The notes: a model not told the origin generated them from the sequence alone. Shown: positions 11,309 to 24,835, counted from the whole stretch's first letter. The stretch is 62,624 nt of DNA, filler included, from Rhabdomonas costata (GCA_019059605.1; 43 parts of 43 records of this genome joined end to end with filler, not necessarily neighbours in it), one strand, 5' to 3'. Made by a program: numbers and translations.

Positions 11309-11501
11309 GTGAAGTCGTCCCTGGTGTGTGTTCATGACGTAAGGGTTGAGACCTGCGAGGCGAGGACTGCAAGGGCGGGACTCTCGTGTTTGACATATAC
11401 ATCTGTTCTCTTGTCATGACGGGAGCTGCTCTTCCTTGAGCGGTGCATAGCAGCAGTGCGGTGTGGTGAAAGGTCCTTTGATTTAGGGGAGAGGGGGTGA
11501 C

Positions 11502-11565
11502 GGTGCGCAGGAATTGTGGAAGTGGCCCCCCTGGTGTGGGGCCACTTCCACAATTCCTGCGCACC
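11502..11565. repeat. Perfect 28-bp hairpin at a contig end
   Basis: ggtgcgcaggaattgtggaagtggcccc - 8-nt loop - ggggccacttccacaattcctgcgcacc. Confidence 0.95.
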
Positions 11566-11739
11566 CACAAACNNNNNNNNNNNNNNNNNNNNNNNNNNNN
11601 NNNNNNNNNNNNNNNNTTAATTAATTAANNNNNNNNNNNNNNNNNNNNNNNNNNNNNNNNNNNNNNNNNNNNGGGTGGAATTATAACTCCGCTGACCAAG
11701 TCGAAGCATCTCTTAGCACTTTCCATGGATCACACCACC

Positions 11740-12325
11740 CACGGAACGAACGAGGTAATATATGCCGATGGTGCCCTGGTTGCCCAAACTAAAAAGGCCA
11801 GCTGGCTGCGATTGGCCGGGTTTAGGGGTGGGAAAGCGTGGATGCGAGACCGTGTAAAACGGGGTGAGATACACCGAGTCCATCTCTATCAGCGGGTGGA
11901 GAAGGCTTGGAATAGGCACCCCTACCAGGACCCAGTCCTAGGCACCGAGGGGGCGAAACGGCCCAACAACAGCAGCTGTGAGGGCAAGTTGGAAACTCCA
12001 CTAAGGAGAAGGAGAGACAAGAGGGAGGCACGAGTACGAAACCTTTCCGAAACCTGGAGTGGCTTTCGTGGAATCCTCCTACTCATCTCAGCTGCCACAG
12101 TCCCCTCACTCGGTTCACGTCCCACTTCACCCCATTCAACAAATTCAAGTGAGGTGCAAATCGTGCCGTGAACACCGAAGGCCAAGCAAAACAGTGGGGT
12201 ATGAATGGACATCACGTTTTGAGGGACCGGTGTGGCGTAAAACGAGACCTGTGTTGAAACATCTGGGAGAATACTGTGGCTGCGTTGGCACAAATCCATC
12301 CAAACACGTGGCAAGTCTGTTGTAG
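11740..12325 (+). mobile_element. Possible decayed retroelement fragment (RNase H-like start, C-terminal Zn-finger-like remnant)
   Basis: EVIYADGA resembles the RNase H IYTDGS motif; later RCKSC...PVWRKTR in another frame; no exon structure. Weak. Confidence 0.25.
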
Positions 12326-13190
12326 GGGGGCGGAAAAGTTACCCCCGTTCCAAACTCCAGTTGCATTTGGCAGGTTGGGACGGTAAAATCATATGATCCA
12401 TCGTACGTGAGTGTTTGGGGAGGAGATGAGAAAAAACACATTACATTTCTCAGAAAGCCAACCGAGGATAAAGGGGTAAGCGAGTCAGCGATTTTGTATT
12501 GAGAGTGACCCTGCACTTCCGACGTGGAGTAGCACCCTTCTCATCCTAAACAGACCCATCCTAGACCCATTTCAATTGAATCGAGTGTTGCTCGGTGTCC
12601 CGCGGAAACCGCCTTCTTATATGCAGGCAAGTTCATTCGGCTGGACGCGCTCAGGATAGCCCCCACCCCCCAAAAAAAATACGCAAAAAAACGCACCACA
12701 AAAACACCGCATCCCATTCAAAGATGCACTTACAGGGATAGGTGCATTTGCACACCAGCAGGATCCCATGTACAACAAATCTACATTGGGGTGCGCGCAC
12801 CTGAGACAGTGAAAAAGAAAAACGCATCTTGAGCACTGATAGAACCCATGCCCTCCCGCTCAGGCAACCCAAAACGTTTTCGCCGCGAAAACTGCGCCCC
12901 AATGGAGGTGAAATGGGCAAACCGCCCGGTGTCCGGTTATCGTGGCTTCGGGAGTGCAGGGCCGCAGTGGACCACCACCTTAAGCGCCGAGCTGACGGTC
13001 TTGTTCATGGCCATCTCGAAGGCCTTAGGCNNNNNNNNNNNNNNNNNNNNNNNNNNNNNNNNNNNNNNNNNNNNTTAATTAATTAANNNNNNNNNNNNNN
13101 NNNNNNNNNNNNNNNNNNNNNNNNNNNNNNTGTGGGTGGTTGCCGTGCACCCCGGGCCCCCCATCTCCATGTGATCCCTCAAACCCGAAC

Positions 13191-14112
13191 CACGGCAACC
13201 ACCTGCATCACGCGCTCGGTGACGCTGTGCTCCTCCACAGCTAGAAAGATCAGGAACCCCGGGAAAAACACCATGCACAGCGTATATAGGCCGCACAACA
13301 GAAAGCAGTCCTTGCAGCCCTCGCGGCGGTTGAGCCAGCACATTATTGGGCAGGCCACTGGCCACGTCGCCAGGGCTACGGCCCATGCAACAGCCACCGC
13401 GGGCAGGACAAGTACAAGGATGCCGAGAAAGGGAACCGCCTCCTTGGGGGAGCGCACGTGCCTCCGAAGCGAACTCCCACCGAGAACAACGACTGGAAGG
13501 CACAGCAGGCCAAGCAAGAGATACAGCACCGCCTGTGTGGGTGGTGGGTGGGCGGTTGGTGGAGAGAAGGCAAACCCGTCACGGGTGACAGAAAGGCACC
13601 CTGCATACTGCATACTGCATACTGCATACAACAAAGTATGTGCAGAAGTGTTCACACAAAATACCTCCGTGTGGAAAAAGGCGGGTGTGAGCGCTGCTTG
13701 AAACGCGAAAAAATATTCACAAGGCGGCAAGTCAAATAGTAAGCAAAATTCGGGGCAAGAAGACCCGACAAGCAAAAGATTGGATCGGCGTGCGTGGTCT
13801 CCGCAAATCCGATTTAAACTTCAGATCATACATCTGCGTCATATGAGAGCTTCTTCGAATCTTTCCCCTCTCTACAGTATATGTAACACAGAGAGAAGAA
13901 GAAGAGAGAGAGAGAAGAGAAGTACGAGGCAAACCCCCACAGGGTAGGCAAGCACACGGGCCAGCCAAACGACCGAAATCCGGAGGTAGTACAGGGCGGG
14001 CATTGTGAACTGCATCCCCGCACATCCCCCTTCGGAGTAGTGCTCATAGACGCTCATCGCGCCCTGGTTCAGCTTCGCGCCACACAACCAGCACCACTCC
14101 TGACGACACTGG
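13191..14112 (-). CDS. RBR-type E3 ubiquitin ligase (RING2 end + transmembrane segments), exons 14112-13935 and 13532-~13191
   Basis: QCRQEWCWLCG...EHYSEGGCAGMQF followed by hydrophobic helices, as in RNF19/RNF144/RNF217-type RBRs; GT-AG, phase 0. Confidence 0.75.
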
Positions 14113-14734
14113 CTGCGCAGAGGGAAACATACAGCAGGAGTGGGGAAATGTGCCGAGACCACTGTGAAAGGACTGAGGTGTGTCCCGGGAAACGAACAAA
14201 CGGCAACTTCTCTCGTATCACTGGCTGCTTGAGCGAAACTCCGCAGGGCGGTGGAAAATTCGACGCTGGGGCGATCAGGATCGGATATAATCAGCGGCGA
14301 CCTAATCAGCCCTGCGCTTCGAGCCTTGAGAGGACATTGCACATTGTGTCTCAAGAAACACAGCAAACACACCGAAACGTGGGACAAAAATTACTGCATT
14401 ACTGCTTTTATCATGCATTGATCGCCGCATCGGCCGCCTTGGTGATCCAGGAAAAACACACGACACCCCACCCCAAACACACCCACCACNNNNNNNNNNN
14501 NNNNNNNNNNNNNNNNNNNNNNNNNNNNNNNNNTTAATTAATTAANNNNNNNNNNNNNNNNNNNNNNNNNNNNNNNNNNNNNNNNNNNNATCGGTTTCTG
14601 ATGTGGTGTGGACTTCGACGCTTTGTCGCTCGTGGCAATTCGATCTTTTCGCTGCTTTTCGCTGCTGAGGTGCGGGGGGGGGGAGGCGGAGGCAGGGAAA
14701 GGCTTGCAACCTTCCCTTTTCCCATTTTGCAAAG

Positions 14735-15831
14735 GTAAGACGGTGATTTTGTTTGGAGACCCCCACTTCCAGTCGTTCTCCGGGGGTTCTTATGACGTCA
14801 ACGGCCGAGTGAACTACTTCTACAACATTATCACGGATCACCACTTCATGTGGAACAGCCGCTTTGTGTCTCGCAACCCCCGCGGCCACGGCACCATGCA
14901 CACCTACATGGGTACACCCGCTCCCCCTCGCACCTGGCTGTAGTGCTTCCCGTTTTCTTTTTTTAAATGGCAGTAGTGCCTTGTGTTGTGTTCGAGGCTA
15001 GCAGGCAGAAAACTTCTGTAAACGGAATAGGGAGCAGACTTTTGCCAATGTGCACCTGTGCTTATTCCTTATGACATTTTTGTTACACCCCACCGGCATG
15101 CAGGCGAAATATCGGCGCCAAAGACACACGCGGCATATGCAGAAAGGGCCAGAACACCAAATGGGAAGGATTTCATTGCGGCGGCAAACTTGGGGCGATG
15201 AGTGATAAAAGGCCTGTACCTGTACCTTTACCGGGAACGCTTGGGGAGGCCCCATGCCGTGTGGATGGGGGAGAGTAAATGATAAACCCTAACCTAACCC
15301 TAACCCTCTGAACATACCTTTTGGCGAGAACTTTTGGTGAGCATTTCAGGGAATTGTTCAACTGAGGAGGCAAACATGCAGGAAGGAAAAACGGGGATAA
15401 GTGCGGGTAAGAGGGAGGAAAAGTGTAACCAGGACAATGAAGTCGAGGAGTGAGGCAAGGCGTGAGTATGTAAAGAGAGTGTGCGCGGGATGTGGAGCAT
15501 TGGGGAGCGGGTAGGGGAGAAGACTAAGGTTGAGCGAGGTGGACACAGGTGTACACTAAGCATGGACCGCGAGAATGGGTTAACAGTGGGCCTATGGATG
15601 CGCCCCACCCGCTGGGGGGTTGCAGGGGAGTCCGCTTTTCTGATCAACGGTACTCACGTGTACTGTGACCCCGTGAAGTGGGCGATGTACGTCGAGGGGA
15701 AGCTGGTGCGGCAGGTGGACGTCCGAGTGTTTCTCCCTGGGCAGCAGCAGCAACACTACGTGAAGTTCACCCCAACCTTCATGTACGTCCGCGGCCCTGG
15801 GTTCTTCATCGCCCTAAAGCGTGTCCTAAAG
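14735..15831 (+). CDS. VWD-like domain protein with GDPH motif, exons 14735-14911 and 15626-15831
   Basis: ILFGDPHFQSFSGGSYDVNG..FYNIITD..WNSRF..TYMG|ESAFLINGTHV; GT-AG, phase 1. Confidence 0.7.
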
Positions 15832-16048
15832 GTGGCCGTAGCCTTCTCCCTCATTCCTCCCTTTGCTTCCCGCTCATTTTCCTGTGTTGCTGTGGGTTGT
15901 GCATCCACTGTTGGCGTGGCGCTGTCTCACTCTTACGTCCCCAAAACCNNNNNNNNNNNNNNNNNNNNNNNNNNNNNNNNNNNNNNNNNNNNTTAATTAA
16001 TTAANNNNNNNNNNNNNNNNNNNNNNNNNNNNNNNNNNNNNNNNNNNN

Positions 16049-16260
16049 GGGGTTTTGGAAATAAAGGAAGCGCAGTACATGGACGACGCCTATCCTAAAT
16101 TCTGAATTCATGATTTATGTGTTTGTAATAAATGCCATGCATGACTTCCACTTTGCATCTTGCGAATACAAAACAAACACAATTTTGGACACATGTTCCC
16201 CCGACTTGGTGGACAGTTTTAGACACCGGGTTCCCCACTTTGGGACCAGACAAAACAGGG
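16049..16260 (+). mobile_element. Possible non-LTR retrotransposon reverse-transcriptase remnant
   Basis: EAQYMDD (YxDD) then, after a stop and frameshift, EYKTNTIL...LVDSFRH, spaced like the LINE RT 'N.xKT' and 'V.SFKYLG' motifs. Confidence 0.35.
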
Positions 16261-19200
16261 CATTTCTGAATGGCAGGAAACGATCCTATAACTCCTGTTT
16301 TGCGAGACCTGTTTCCGGCGTGTTTCTGTATTGGGTGGCAGCTTCCTTTCATTCTGGTCACAGGGACTCGGATGGTTCGGCTTTCCGAAACTGTGAAACC
16401 GCCCAGTTCCACATATCCGCTCCCACACCCACTCCCACGCCCCCCGTTCTCGTGCCCGTTCTTTTTCGCTCCCTGCAGCCTGTGGGAAGCGTTGCATGAA
16501 TAATACAGCCTGGTTATGCAATCCCCGATCTTCTTGGCCGCTCTTCGTTATTGGAGGATCACGCTCTACTCATGCGTGTTGACATAGCCGCTGTGGCATG
16601 GGGGGCTCCAAAGTGCTCGTCCGTCGGGCGCATTCGTTGTTCGGTTCATCCATCTTATGATTCACGTGCCCCTTGCGGGTGATTGTGCTGCCAACCCACC
16701 ACTCCGTTCTTCTGAACTCGGTTCTCATTGCTGGTAAACCCAACGCAGGTCGTTGTGGGGTGCCGCAAGGCCCACTGCGAGGAGCTCCGGTGCCAAGGCC
16801 ATCTCTGCCGCAGCCTGGGCTGCGGCACTGCCGAGCCCGCCGCCTCTGCCCCATCCCAACGCTGCACTCCCCTGCCCGCGGTGATGGCGGCTGCCCCGCC
16901 CAACGTGGATGTGCTGGTGATGGGCATAGGTCTCTACGATTCGCTTTGTTGAATGCGTTAGGTCGGGGGAGGGTGCTGCCTGCTCTTTCTTGCAGTAGGC
17001 TGATGCTTAAAAGTCAGAGAGAGGTCAAGGTTTCCCACACAATGCTTTCGAAATGGAGCTGTGTGTGCCTTTGCGCGGTCGCCAAAACTCTGGAAGGAGC
17101 ATGTAGTCATACGCTTTGATTGCTGCTCCCAATGGGGTCTGCGCCGCGTTGCGCTTTGACGGGTCACTTCGCCGCTTTTGTGTGTGTGTGTGGATGTAAG
17201 CGACTTTCGGGTGGTTTTTCTGTGCGCACGTGGTATGGTCGAGCAAGTAAGCCAGATCCTGGATGCTCCAGCTGAGCATTTCGGTGGCATTCCTTTTCTT
17301 GGGTCTTCCTCCCACCCAATCCGTTGGCATGGGCACAGGGCTATCCCGCGCCATCGTTTCCTCTCCCCCTCCTCCTCATTAGACCCCCCCCCTCTCCTCC
17401 TCCTCNNNNNNNNNNNNNNNNNNNNNNNNNNNNNNNNNNNNNNNNNNNNTTAATTAATTAANNNNNNNNNNNNNNNNNNNNNNNNNNNNNNNNNNNNNNN
17501 NNNNNGGAATATGGGAGAGTAGTTGGGTTTTCCCGCGCACGTGAGTGAGTGCAGGATTAGGGGGTGTGGTGTGAGGGGAAGTGGGGTTGGAGGGACTAGC
17601 CACTTTACTCGGAGGATGTGGTATCGGAGTGTATTCAGCTGGTCCCTCATTGTGGCGATCGCTTTCATTTTTTCTTATGCTCTTCTTCTCTTTTTTTGGA
17701 GAGGGGTGTGGGTCTGCCTCCGGGAATTTTGTAACCTGCTCCAGGGATCTTTGCTCCCATTGGGGTGCGAGTTGCACTGGCCCACAACTTTTTTCTGAAG
17801 ACGAGAGAAGGGGACTCCTGGCTTAACTTCTTTTCTCCTTGTTTTCGTGCATTTCGCTCCAGTCATTGAAGGCGTTGCCGACAATCGCTGGGAGCTTGTG
17901 AGTTGAGTTTTGATGGTTGAGGAAAATCGCTCTGATTGGCAATTATGAGAAAGGGACGGTTTTCGAGCCGGAATCCGACATTTTGTATTCCTTTGTTTTT
18001 CCGCGGTTTGCAAGGTTGAGTGGTTATTGTTAGGCGTGAAATCCGGCTTCGGTTGTCGAAAAGAAAGGCCTTTGGAGAGGGGTGCAACGGAGCGGCTCTT
18101 TGAGGCTCCAAAAAGTTACCTCATTCTTCCTTTTGTTCTTTCCGAATGGGAAGGACAGGAAAAGTCACTGCCGTAGTGGGGGTGCGATATTACATCGTTG
18201 CACTCGTAGTTTCTCTTGGATGTGAAATGGAGACAAGCCGAGCAACAGACGTCTTCATTGGAACCGAAGCCCTCCACACAAGGACAAATGGCAGAAAGAG
18301 GAAAGAGGAAAGAGGTTAGTATCAGAGCGGCTTGCAAAGTGCTGCGATCAAGGTATACAGCCGTCGGTAGCCGTCAGCGCTCTGTTTGCCTGACAGCTCG
18401 ATGGTCTCGCATTTGATGACCGCAGGCGGAACTCCTGCACTTCGAGAGTCAATGGGGCAGGGTGGCTCGTTCTCTGACGCGAGTCGACGGAACATGTTTC
18501 AGTTTGATCGGTGTCGAACAAGCCAGCGATCGGTCACTTTTTTTTTCCAGAATAATCGACTCGGTATGTGACCTAAGGAGTGTTTATCTGGGGGGGGCTT
18601 TCTCTCGCTGCGACCCATTGGAACTCTCTTGTGTAGCTCCTTGCCGCCTGAGAGTTTGATCTGACCTAGAAGAAGGCGTTAGCGCAGGTTACTCAAATAT
18701 GTTATGTTATGCAATGGTCTTGACAAAATCGCAAATAACCAGCCATTACTCTGCAGTCAACCTGCGGTGGGACTTCACCTTTTTTTTTGCCAGAGAAAGC
18801 TTATTACAACTGCATCGCTCTCTCGAAAGAAAAATGTCTTCCAGTGGACGTCCCCCGATCACAANNNNNNNNNNNNNNNNNNNNNNNNNNNNNNNNNNNN
18901 NNNNNNNNTTAATTAATTAANNNNNNNNNNNNNNNNNNNNNNNNNNNNNNNNNNNNNNNNNNNNCCCCGCGTTGGGGTTTTCCTGTGTGGGCCCCCAGGG
19001 ATGATGGCCGCGGTGGAGGCCGCGGTGGAGGAAGTGGGCCGCGCGGTGCCCGCGGTGACTCTGCTGCTGCACAAGGAGACCTTCCAACTGTAAGGGGGGC
19101 GGAGTGGGGATGATGAAAAGGCACGTGTGGTGTCTGGTGTCGAGGCGAGAGGTTACGTTTTAAGAATATGCGTTTTCAAAGTCGTGTGAAGTATCAGCCG

Positions 19201-20423
19201 ACAGCAGAGCCCTTTGTGGATGTGGTCCTCAGGGTCAGGTCAGTTTTTAGAGTTTGGTTGTAATCTGGGGTACAAGCCCGGGACTTCCGCGCGTTTCTTT
19301 GTGGTTGTGGGTGTGGAAGTGGTGCGGTGTGGTGTGTTATTTTTTCCGGCCAAACGTGCTTGATAAACTAACCTGGGGTTGGGTGCGGATGCCGCAGGGG
19401 TGGAAGGCTGGGACAGGTGGCTGAGTGAGTCGCTGACAGAGCGCATCCACTGGTGAGAGCGCTCTCATCTGCATTCCAGTGGCCTGCCTTTTCTTTTTCA
19501 CTTTGTAAGGGCCTGGCGGAAGAGTTTACTCCGCGGCACTTCTTTTTCATTGTTTACTTTGCCGTGAATAGCTCCCTTCTCTTGTTTTGGGCTGTTGAGA
19601 GCCTTCTGTCACGAATGGTGTGAATGCGCCGCGGCACCGCTCTTCCATTGTAGATCGCTGCCGTGTGTATATGCATTGCGCTGGTCCCCCTCCCGACATG
19701 GGCAACTAAGGATGCCCATACGATTTCGTAGACCATCTCTTTCCCTATTAATCCTGTTGTTATTTTGCCCTTCGCGACCAAGACGCATAACTCTACATAA
19801 GTGTGGTGTGGTGTTTTTTTTTTTGCGCAGTGCTTTCCTATGCTCAATTCACCGGACGGGGGTGGGTACGGGGGTGGGTATTGTGGACCAATGACCTTCT
19901 GACCTTCTCCTGGGATCGCAAGTTCTACTGGCCAGAGCAGGTGCTATAAACCAAAGTAAAAATTGCACGATTCGTATGACGGCACGCCGGATTCGGATAC
20001 TGATGTGCTACCGAGGAAGACTCATCATTTAGGTCCAAAAGAGGTCCCCAGGGCCTTATAAAGAAAAGGAGCTCATGTGGGCAGCTGCAGTGTGAAGTAT
20101 TCCGACCCACTCCTCTGTCAGCGTGAATTGCTGGCAGCCTGTGCAACGCTGAATGTCTCCGCCAGAAAATTTGGCCTACGATGCAAACCTGAAAGTGGTG
20201 TCATTTCCAGATCGTGGGCAAGTCCAAATGATATGAAGGTCCAAACGTCGACCATGACTTGGGTGTGGTCACGGACAAAAAGCAGCCATTTTGTCTTTGG
20301 AGAACGACGTTCGTCAAACAACCNNNNNNNNNNNNNNNNNNNNNNNNNNNNNNNNNNNNNNNNNNNNTTAATTAATTAANNNNNNNNNNNNNNNNNNNNN
20401 NNNNNNNNNNNNNNNNNNNNNNN

Positions 20424-21754
20424 AGAGAAGCGGGGAATGGCCCGAGCCTTGCTGGAGGCCATCGCCAGCGGGGTGGTCGGCACCGTGTTCGACATCCAGA
20501 AGTACATCAAGTGCACCTTTTACGCCACACAGACGAACTACGTCGCGGTGCACAGCGCCACACGGGCAGCGCTTGGTTTTCTTGAGCGGAGCGAATTTAT
20601 TGAGTGGAACGCGCGACAGAGCGTGTTTGCCGCCACAAAGCTAGGCTCCGCCACCTTTGCCAGCTCGCTGGCCCCCGACGAGGGTCTCGTGGTGTACGGA
20701 GACCTGATGAAGGCCAGGTCGAACTTTGTCATGTCGAATGAGTTGCATCTGGTGTACCATTTGACTCCGGTGTTTCACGGGATCGAGCCCGACTGGAAGC
20801 TATTCTACTGGATCTACTCTCGCCTGCCTCAGTCGATGCTGACCGTGGCTCAGCACATTGGAATTGACGAAGGTACAGTGCGCTCAACCGTCGGCGTTGC
20901 ACCAATAATGGTTTGCTCTGTTTGGTTGTCTGGCTGCCGACTGTGGCGTGGCTGGGCTCTCTGCAGAAGCGTGGTGGAACGTGGACCTTTTCGCTTTTAT
21001 TGTTGAGCGGGCAACAGCTAATTATGTATTTTTAAGAAACACACTGGAGATCGAACTCTTGATTTCATCTTTGCTCCTAACAAGCCTTTTCGGTGGTAAC
21101 CTGACATCTCTCTTTAGGGAGTATGCTAGGCGAAAAGAAAAGCAAAAAAAAATGAAAACTAGACTTCTTCAGCGGATCATGTGTATGTTTGCACTTCATG
21201 CAAAGTTCAAGCACAATGTAGACCATCTATCTGTCCTTGGGAGGTGAAAAGCGCTTGAAAAAAGCTCGTCTCTCTTGCATTATTTTTCAGGGTACCTGGT
21301 CCGGTGCCAGGGTAACGCTCCATCTCGAGACAGTCGAGATCCAAAGGCAGCAGTTCATCGGAGGTTCTATGTGGCGATGATGCTGAACGATCTGATTCAC
21401 GAGCACAGCATTACAGACGTATCGCAGAAATACACAGGTGTGCCTAGAATGCTCTGCACACGAAAATGAGGGTCGGCAGCTGCGCAGTAATTTTTCACGT
21501 GGTAATCTGCCTCTTGAAAGCCCTGAAAATTTTTTTTGCCAAACTGCCAACAGTGCTGCCATTTTTTACATTTAAGGATTTCGACTTTTGCAACTCAGTT
21601 TTGAGGTCAACATCTTCAATTACGCAGCACCAGAATAATGAGATAAGCAAGCCCACATTAATGTCTGCAGTATAACTTGGGGGGGGGTTCTTCCTATGTG
21701 TCCCTGGGGCACGCAGTTTCCCGCGGAGAGCTGCAGAAGCTGCAGGAGATGAGC
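20424..21754 (+). CDS. POLQ: DNA polymerase theta helicase-like domain fragment, exons 20424-20872, 21291-21437, 21717-~21754
   Basis: MARALLEAIASGVV..YIKCTF..TKLGSATFASSLAPDEGLVVYGDLMKARSNFVMSNELHLVYHLTP..HRRFYVAMMLNDLI..KYT|VSRGELQKLQE; GT-AG. Closer to the POLQ/TEBICHI pattern than HELQ by recall. Confidence 0.88.
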
Positions 21755-21913
21755 TTTTTTCAAGCGCTTTTCACCCCCCACCNNNNNNNNNNNNNNNNNN
21801 NNNNNNNNNNNNNNNNNNNNNNNNNNTTAATTAATTAANNNNNNNNNNNNNNNNNNNNNNNNNNNNNNNNNNNNNNNNNNNNGTGTGGTGGGGGGGAGCG
21901 CATAGCAAAATGC

Positions 21914-22685
21914 CTTGGGCAGTTCCTCGCGAAGTATCGCCGCAACACTTCTCCAGTCAATCGCACCTCCCACGGCATACTGTGTGCGCACGTTCGCGCT
22001 GGAACGAAGCGGTAGGCTGATCAATGTGTGCGCTTGTGTGTATTTGATGATAGCGCTGTAGGCAGAAGCGTGCCATCATCTTACATAGTGATCTACAGTG
22101 AGACAAAGCAAGTCGGTTCTGTGAAGCCCGTAACTAATAACTACAATCTTTGTCAAAAGTGTCTGGGACTCCCCCTCCCTCCCTGGAAAAGAGCTAAATT
22201 CTGACTTACAACGTTGTTTCCGCGCGTTGTTTCCCAAATTACGGCAGAGAATGTAGCACCATATACTCCCGCACACCCAGTAAACCTGAAAACCGTGACC
22301 ATGTGACCAGAACCTCGCGAGCGCAGCCGCGAGCCCGTACACCTAGTTAAAAAACCAGCACTGGCTCATCAGCTCCAAACCTGCAGGCTTCAACTTTAAA
22401 CCGGTTACCCATGCACGACCATCATGTCTCTCTCAGAAATCCCTCGCTGGTCACACCTTTGAGTCCGCGATATAATGTGCTTCCGACCAATGGTTCATAA
22501 AAACATCATAAAAAGAATATAAACAAAGCACAAGTCTTGTTCATGGCGATCGAGTTATATGATGCGCAGCTTTCGGGATAAAAAACGGAACCCGACACGC
22601 ACACGCACGCACACCATGGCCTTGTACTCGTCAATCTCGGCGGGGGTCGCGGACACCCCACAGACTTGCAGTAGGGGTTCCAGAG
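21914..22685 (-). CDS. EF-hand (calmodulin/light-chain-like) protein fragment, exons 22685-22615 and 21979-21914
   Basis: LEPLLQVCGVSATPAEIDEYKAM|YAVGGAIDWRSVAAILREELPK; first intron GT-AG, next donor probably GC (AAG|gcattt). Confidence 0.5.
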
Positions 22686-23345
22686 CTGCGCAGCCCGTTC
22701 CAAACACAGAGACACGCATATGTGCCGAAATACCTGAAACTCACCGCTGTCAACCGAAGCGCATTACAATAGCAGTTATTCTTCGAGAACTGGGAGAGGG
22801 GGGGGGTTCCTGAAAAATCGCGTTTCAAGGGTTCGGGGGTAGCAATTGTCCCAGTTGTCCCAGCAATTGTCCCAAACAGGGGACCACTTCCTACCCCCAG
22901 CCGTTGCAACTACTTGTACTACTGGGTTGTGAAGGGGCCTGGTGGACGGACACATTACGAGAAAATTTTCAATGAAATTTTTTTTTCGTTTTTTGCTTTT
23001 TTTGGACGTCCATTGAGCGTCTTCGATGACATCATTTGGGAACCGGGACAGAACTGAACTTTGGAAGAGATAAAGTGCGCGATTATTATCTGATGCCGCA
23101 AACGTAAAGCAGTTCGAAGTCTGAGGGGAATGATTAGAATATCACTTGACATCGTGACCTTGTGACCTAAAGTGCCGCCACCGAGCGCCAGTAATTCAGA
23201 GGCATCACACCGACTAAGACTCATGCAATGTCCACACACCCNNNNNNNNNNNNNNNNNNNNNNNNNNNNNNNNNNNNNNNNNNNNTTAATTAATTAANNN
23301 NNNNNNNNNNNNNNNNNNNNNNNNNNNNNNNNNNNNNNNNNATAC

Positions 23346-23814
23346 CGCTGTTCCCAAGACCCGCGTTGGCGGCCTGCCTTATGGTGACTTTGTCCGCTTT
23401 GGCCTTCCCTGCAGCGTCTTCTTTGGAAGAACCTTTCTTGCCACCACCGGCCTTATTACGGCGGGTTTCCTCAAGCTTGGCCTTCTCCTGCGCAAAAAGC
23501 TCCTTGAAGTGCTCATCCATGGGATGGTCCCAAAGAGACTCCCCAGTTGCGAAGTTGAAGTAGTACACCTCCCCGGTATCCGTCTTACAGGGCTTCCAGT
23601 TGTCAGGGAGGGGGGCTTGCAATCCTTTGCGGGCTATCCACAATAGCTCGGCGTGGTCATCGGGGTCCATTCCGAGCCACTGAGCGTACTCGAGCACTTC
23701 TTTCTCAGACGGGACGTAGGTGGCATCATAATTGTCCTCAAGAACCACGCTGGCGGTGCCATCCTCCGCGTAATACACTCCCCCAGAATCGGGAACAACC
23801 ACCTTGGCAGCCAT
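23346..23814 (-). CDS. CEP164: Centrosomal protein CEP164-like N-terminal exon with WW domain
   Basis: VLEDNYDATYVPSEKEVLEYAQWLGMDP..LLWIARKGLQAPLPDNWKPCKTDTGEVYYFNFATGESLWDHPMDEHFK; in-frame TAG 9 nt before the ATG; GT donor at 23345. Confidence 0.88.
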
Positions 23815-24835
23815 TTGCTGCTAAACGCTCAACGGCCAACGGCTGTCGCCTCTTCAGGCAAAGGGTTTCAATAAAAAAGCGTCAAAGAAGAAAAAAACAC
23901 TTCTGCATACACGAAAGGTCGTGCGGGTGATGGGCGACCATTAGTCCCGCACTTTCTCTTTCCGTTTCATCTTCACAACAGGCTTAAAATCATGTGACGC
24001 AATATATAAGGATGGAATGTAAAGGAAAAGAAAGACTACCGGAATAGGCAAACTGCGATGATAACAACAACATAGCAAAACAATGCGAATATCGGAGTCG
24101 GGAGTGCAGCACGTGTCCAACTCCCAGAGCTTTACTCCAGCACACAAAAACCATCACGGAGTTTGCAACCAAACCAGTCCGCCAGAATTGTTTTGTCCAC
24201 CTCAATAGCGAATAAATTGTCCGTTATCTCCCTCCCTCTCTCATACGTCACAGCGAGGAGCCGAACACCTATTTTGGCGTGGAGCAGCATTACTCCACCA
24301 CTTCCCACACAGCAAAAAAAAGGTGGATGCAGCAGATGAGCCCTTTCATTTCGTCTCTAGTGGCCTTAAAAAGTGGTGGTTTTAGATGCATAATGAATAA
24401 TTAGTAACAGGCTATCACTTCCCGCCCCGTTTCCGCCACCTTCATCAACATCTTCCCTTCAAAAAACTGCTTCCCGTCACTTTCATCTTTTATCTCCTCT
24501 TGCACCCCGCAGCTCAACAATAAACTGATTCAACTGATCTCAGCCAATCGAGCAACTGAAAGCTTCCTGCACGGGCACCGCCACACAACAGAAAATTCAC
24601 ACCAGATAACGCACCTGTCCACTAGTTTCAAAGCATCAGAACACAACACAACACAACACAAAACCTGGCCCCAATCCATGGGCAAGTTGGACCCAAAACA
24701 NNNNNNNNNNNNNNNNNNNNNNNNNNNNNNNNNNNNNNNNNNNNTTAATTAATTAANNNNNNNNNNNNNNNNNNNNNNNNNNNNNNNNNNNNNNNNNNNN
24801 TGTTGTGGGGAGGCACCGGGGGAGGGGGTATGTAC

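Noticed and set aside
16749-16952. Cys-rich exon-like stretch ending DVLVMGIGLYD (SGNH/PC-esterase-like)
   Set aside because: Probably coding, but the 3' boundary and family cannot be supported.
17506-18864. ORFs in this contig and in 26262-27619, 55435-56792 and 58351-59708
   Set aside because: No motifs, codon bias or consistent splice structure; treated as intronic or intergenic. I recognised no rRNA or tRNA anywhere in the window.
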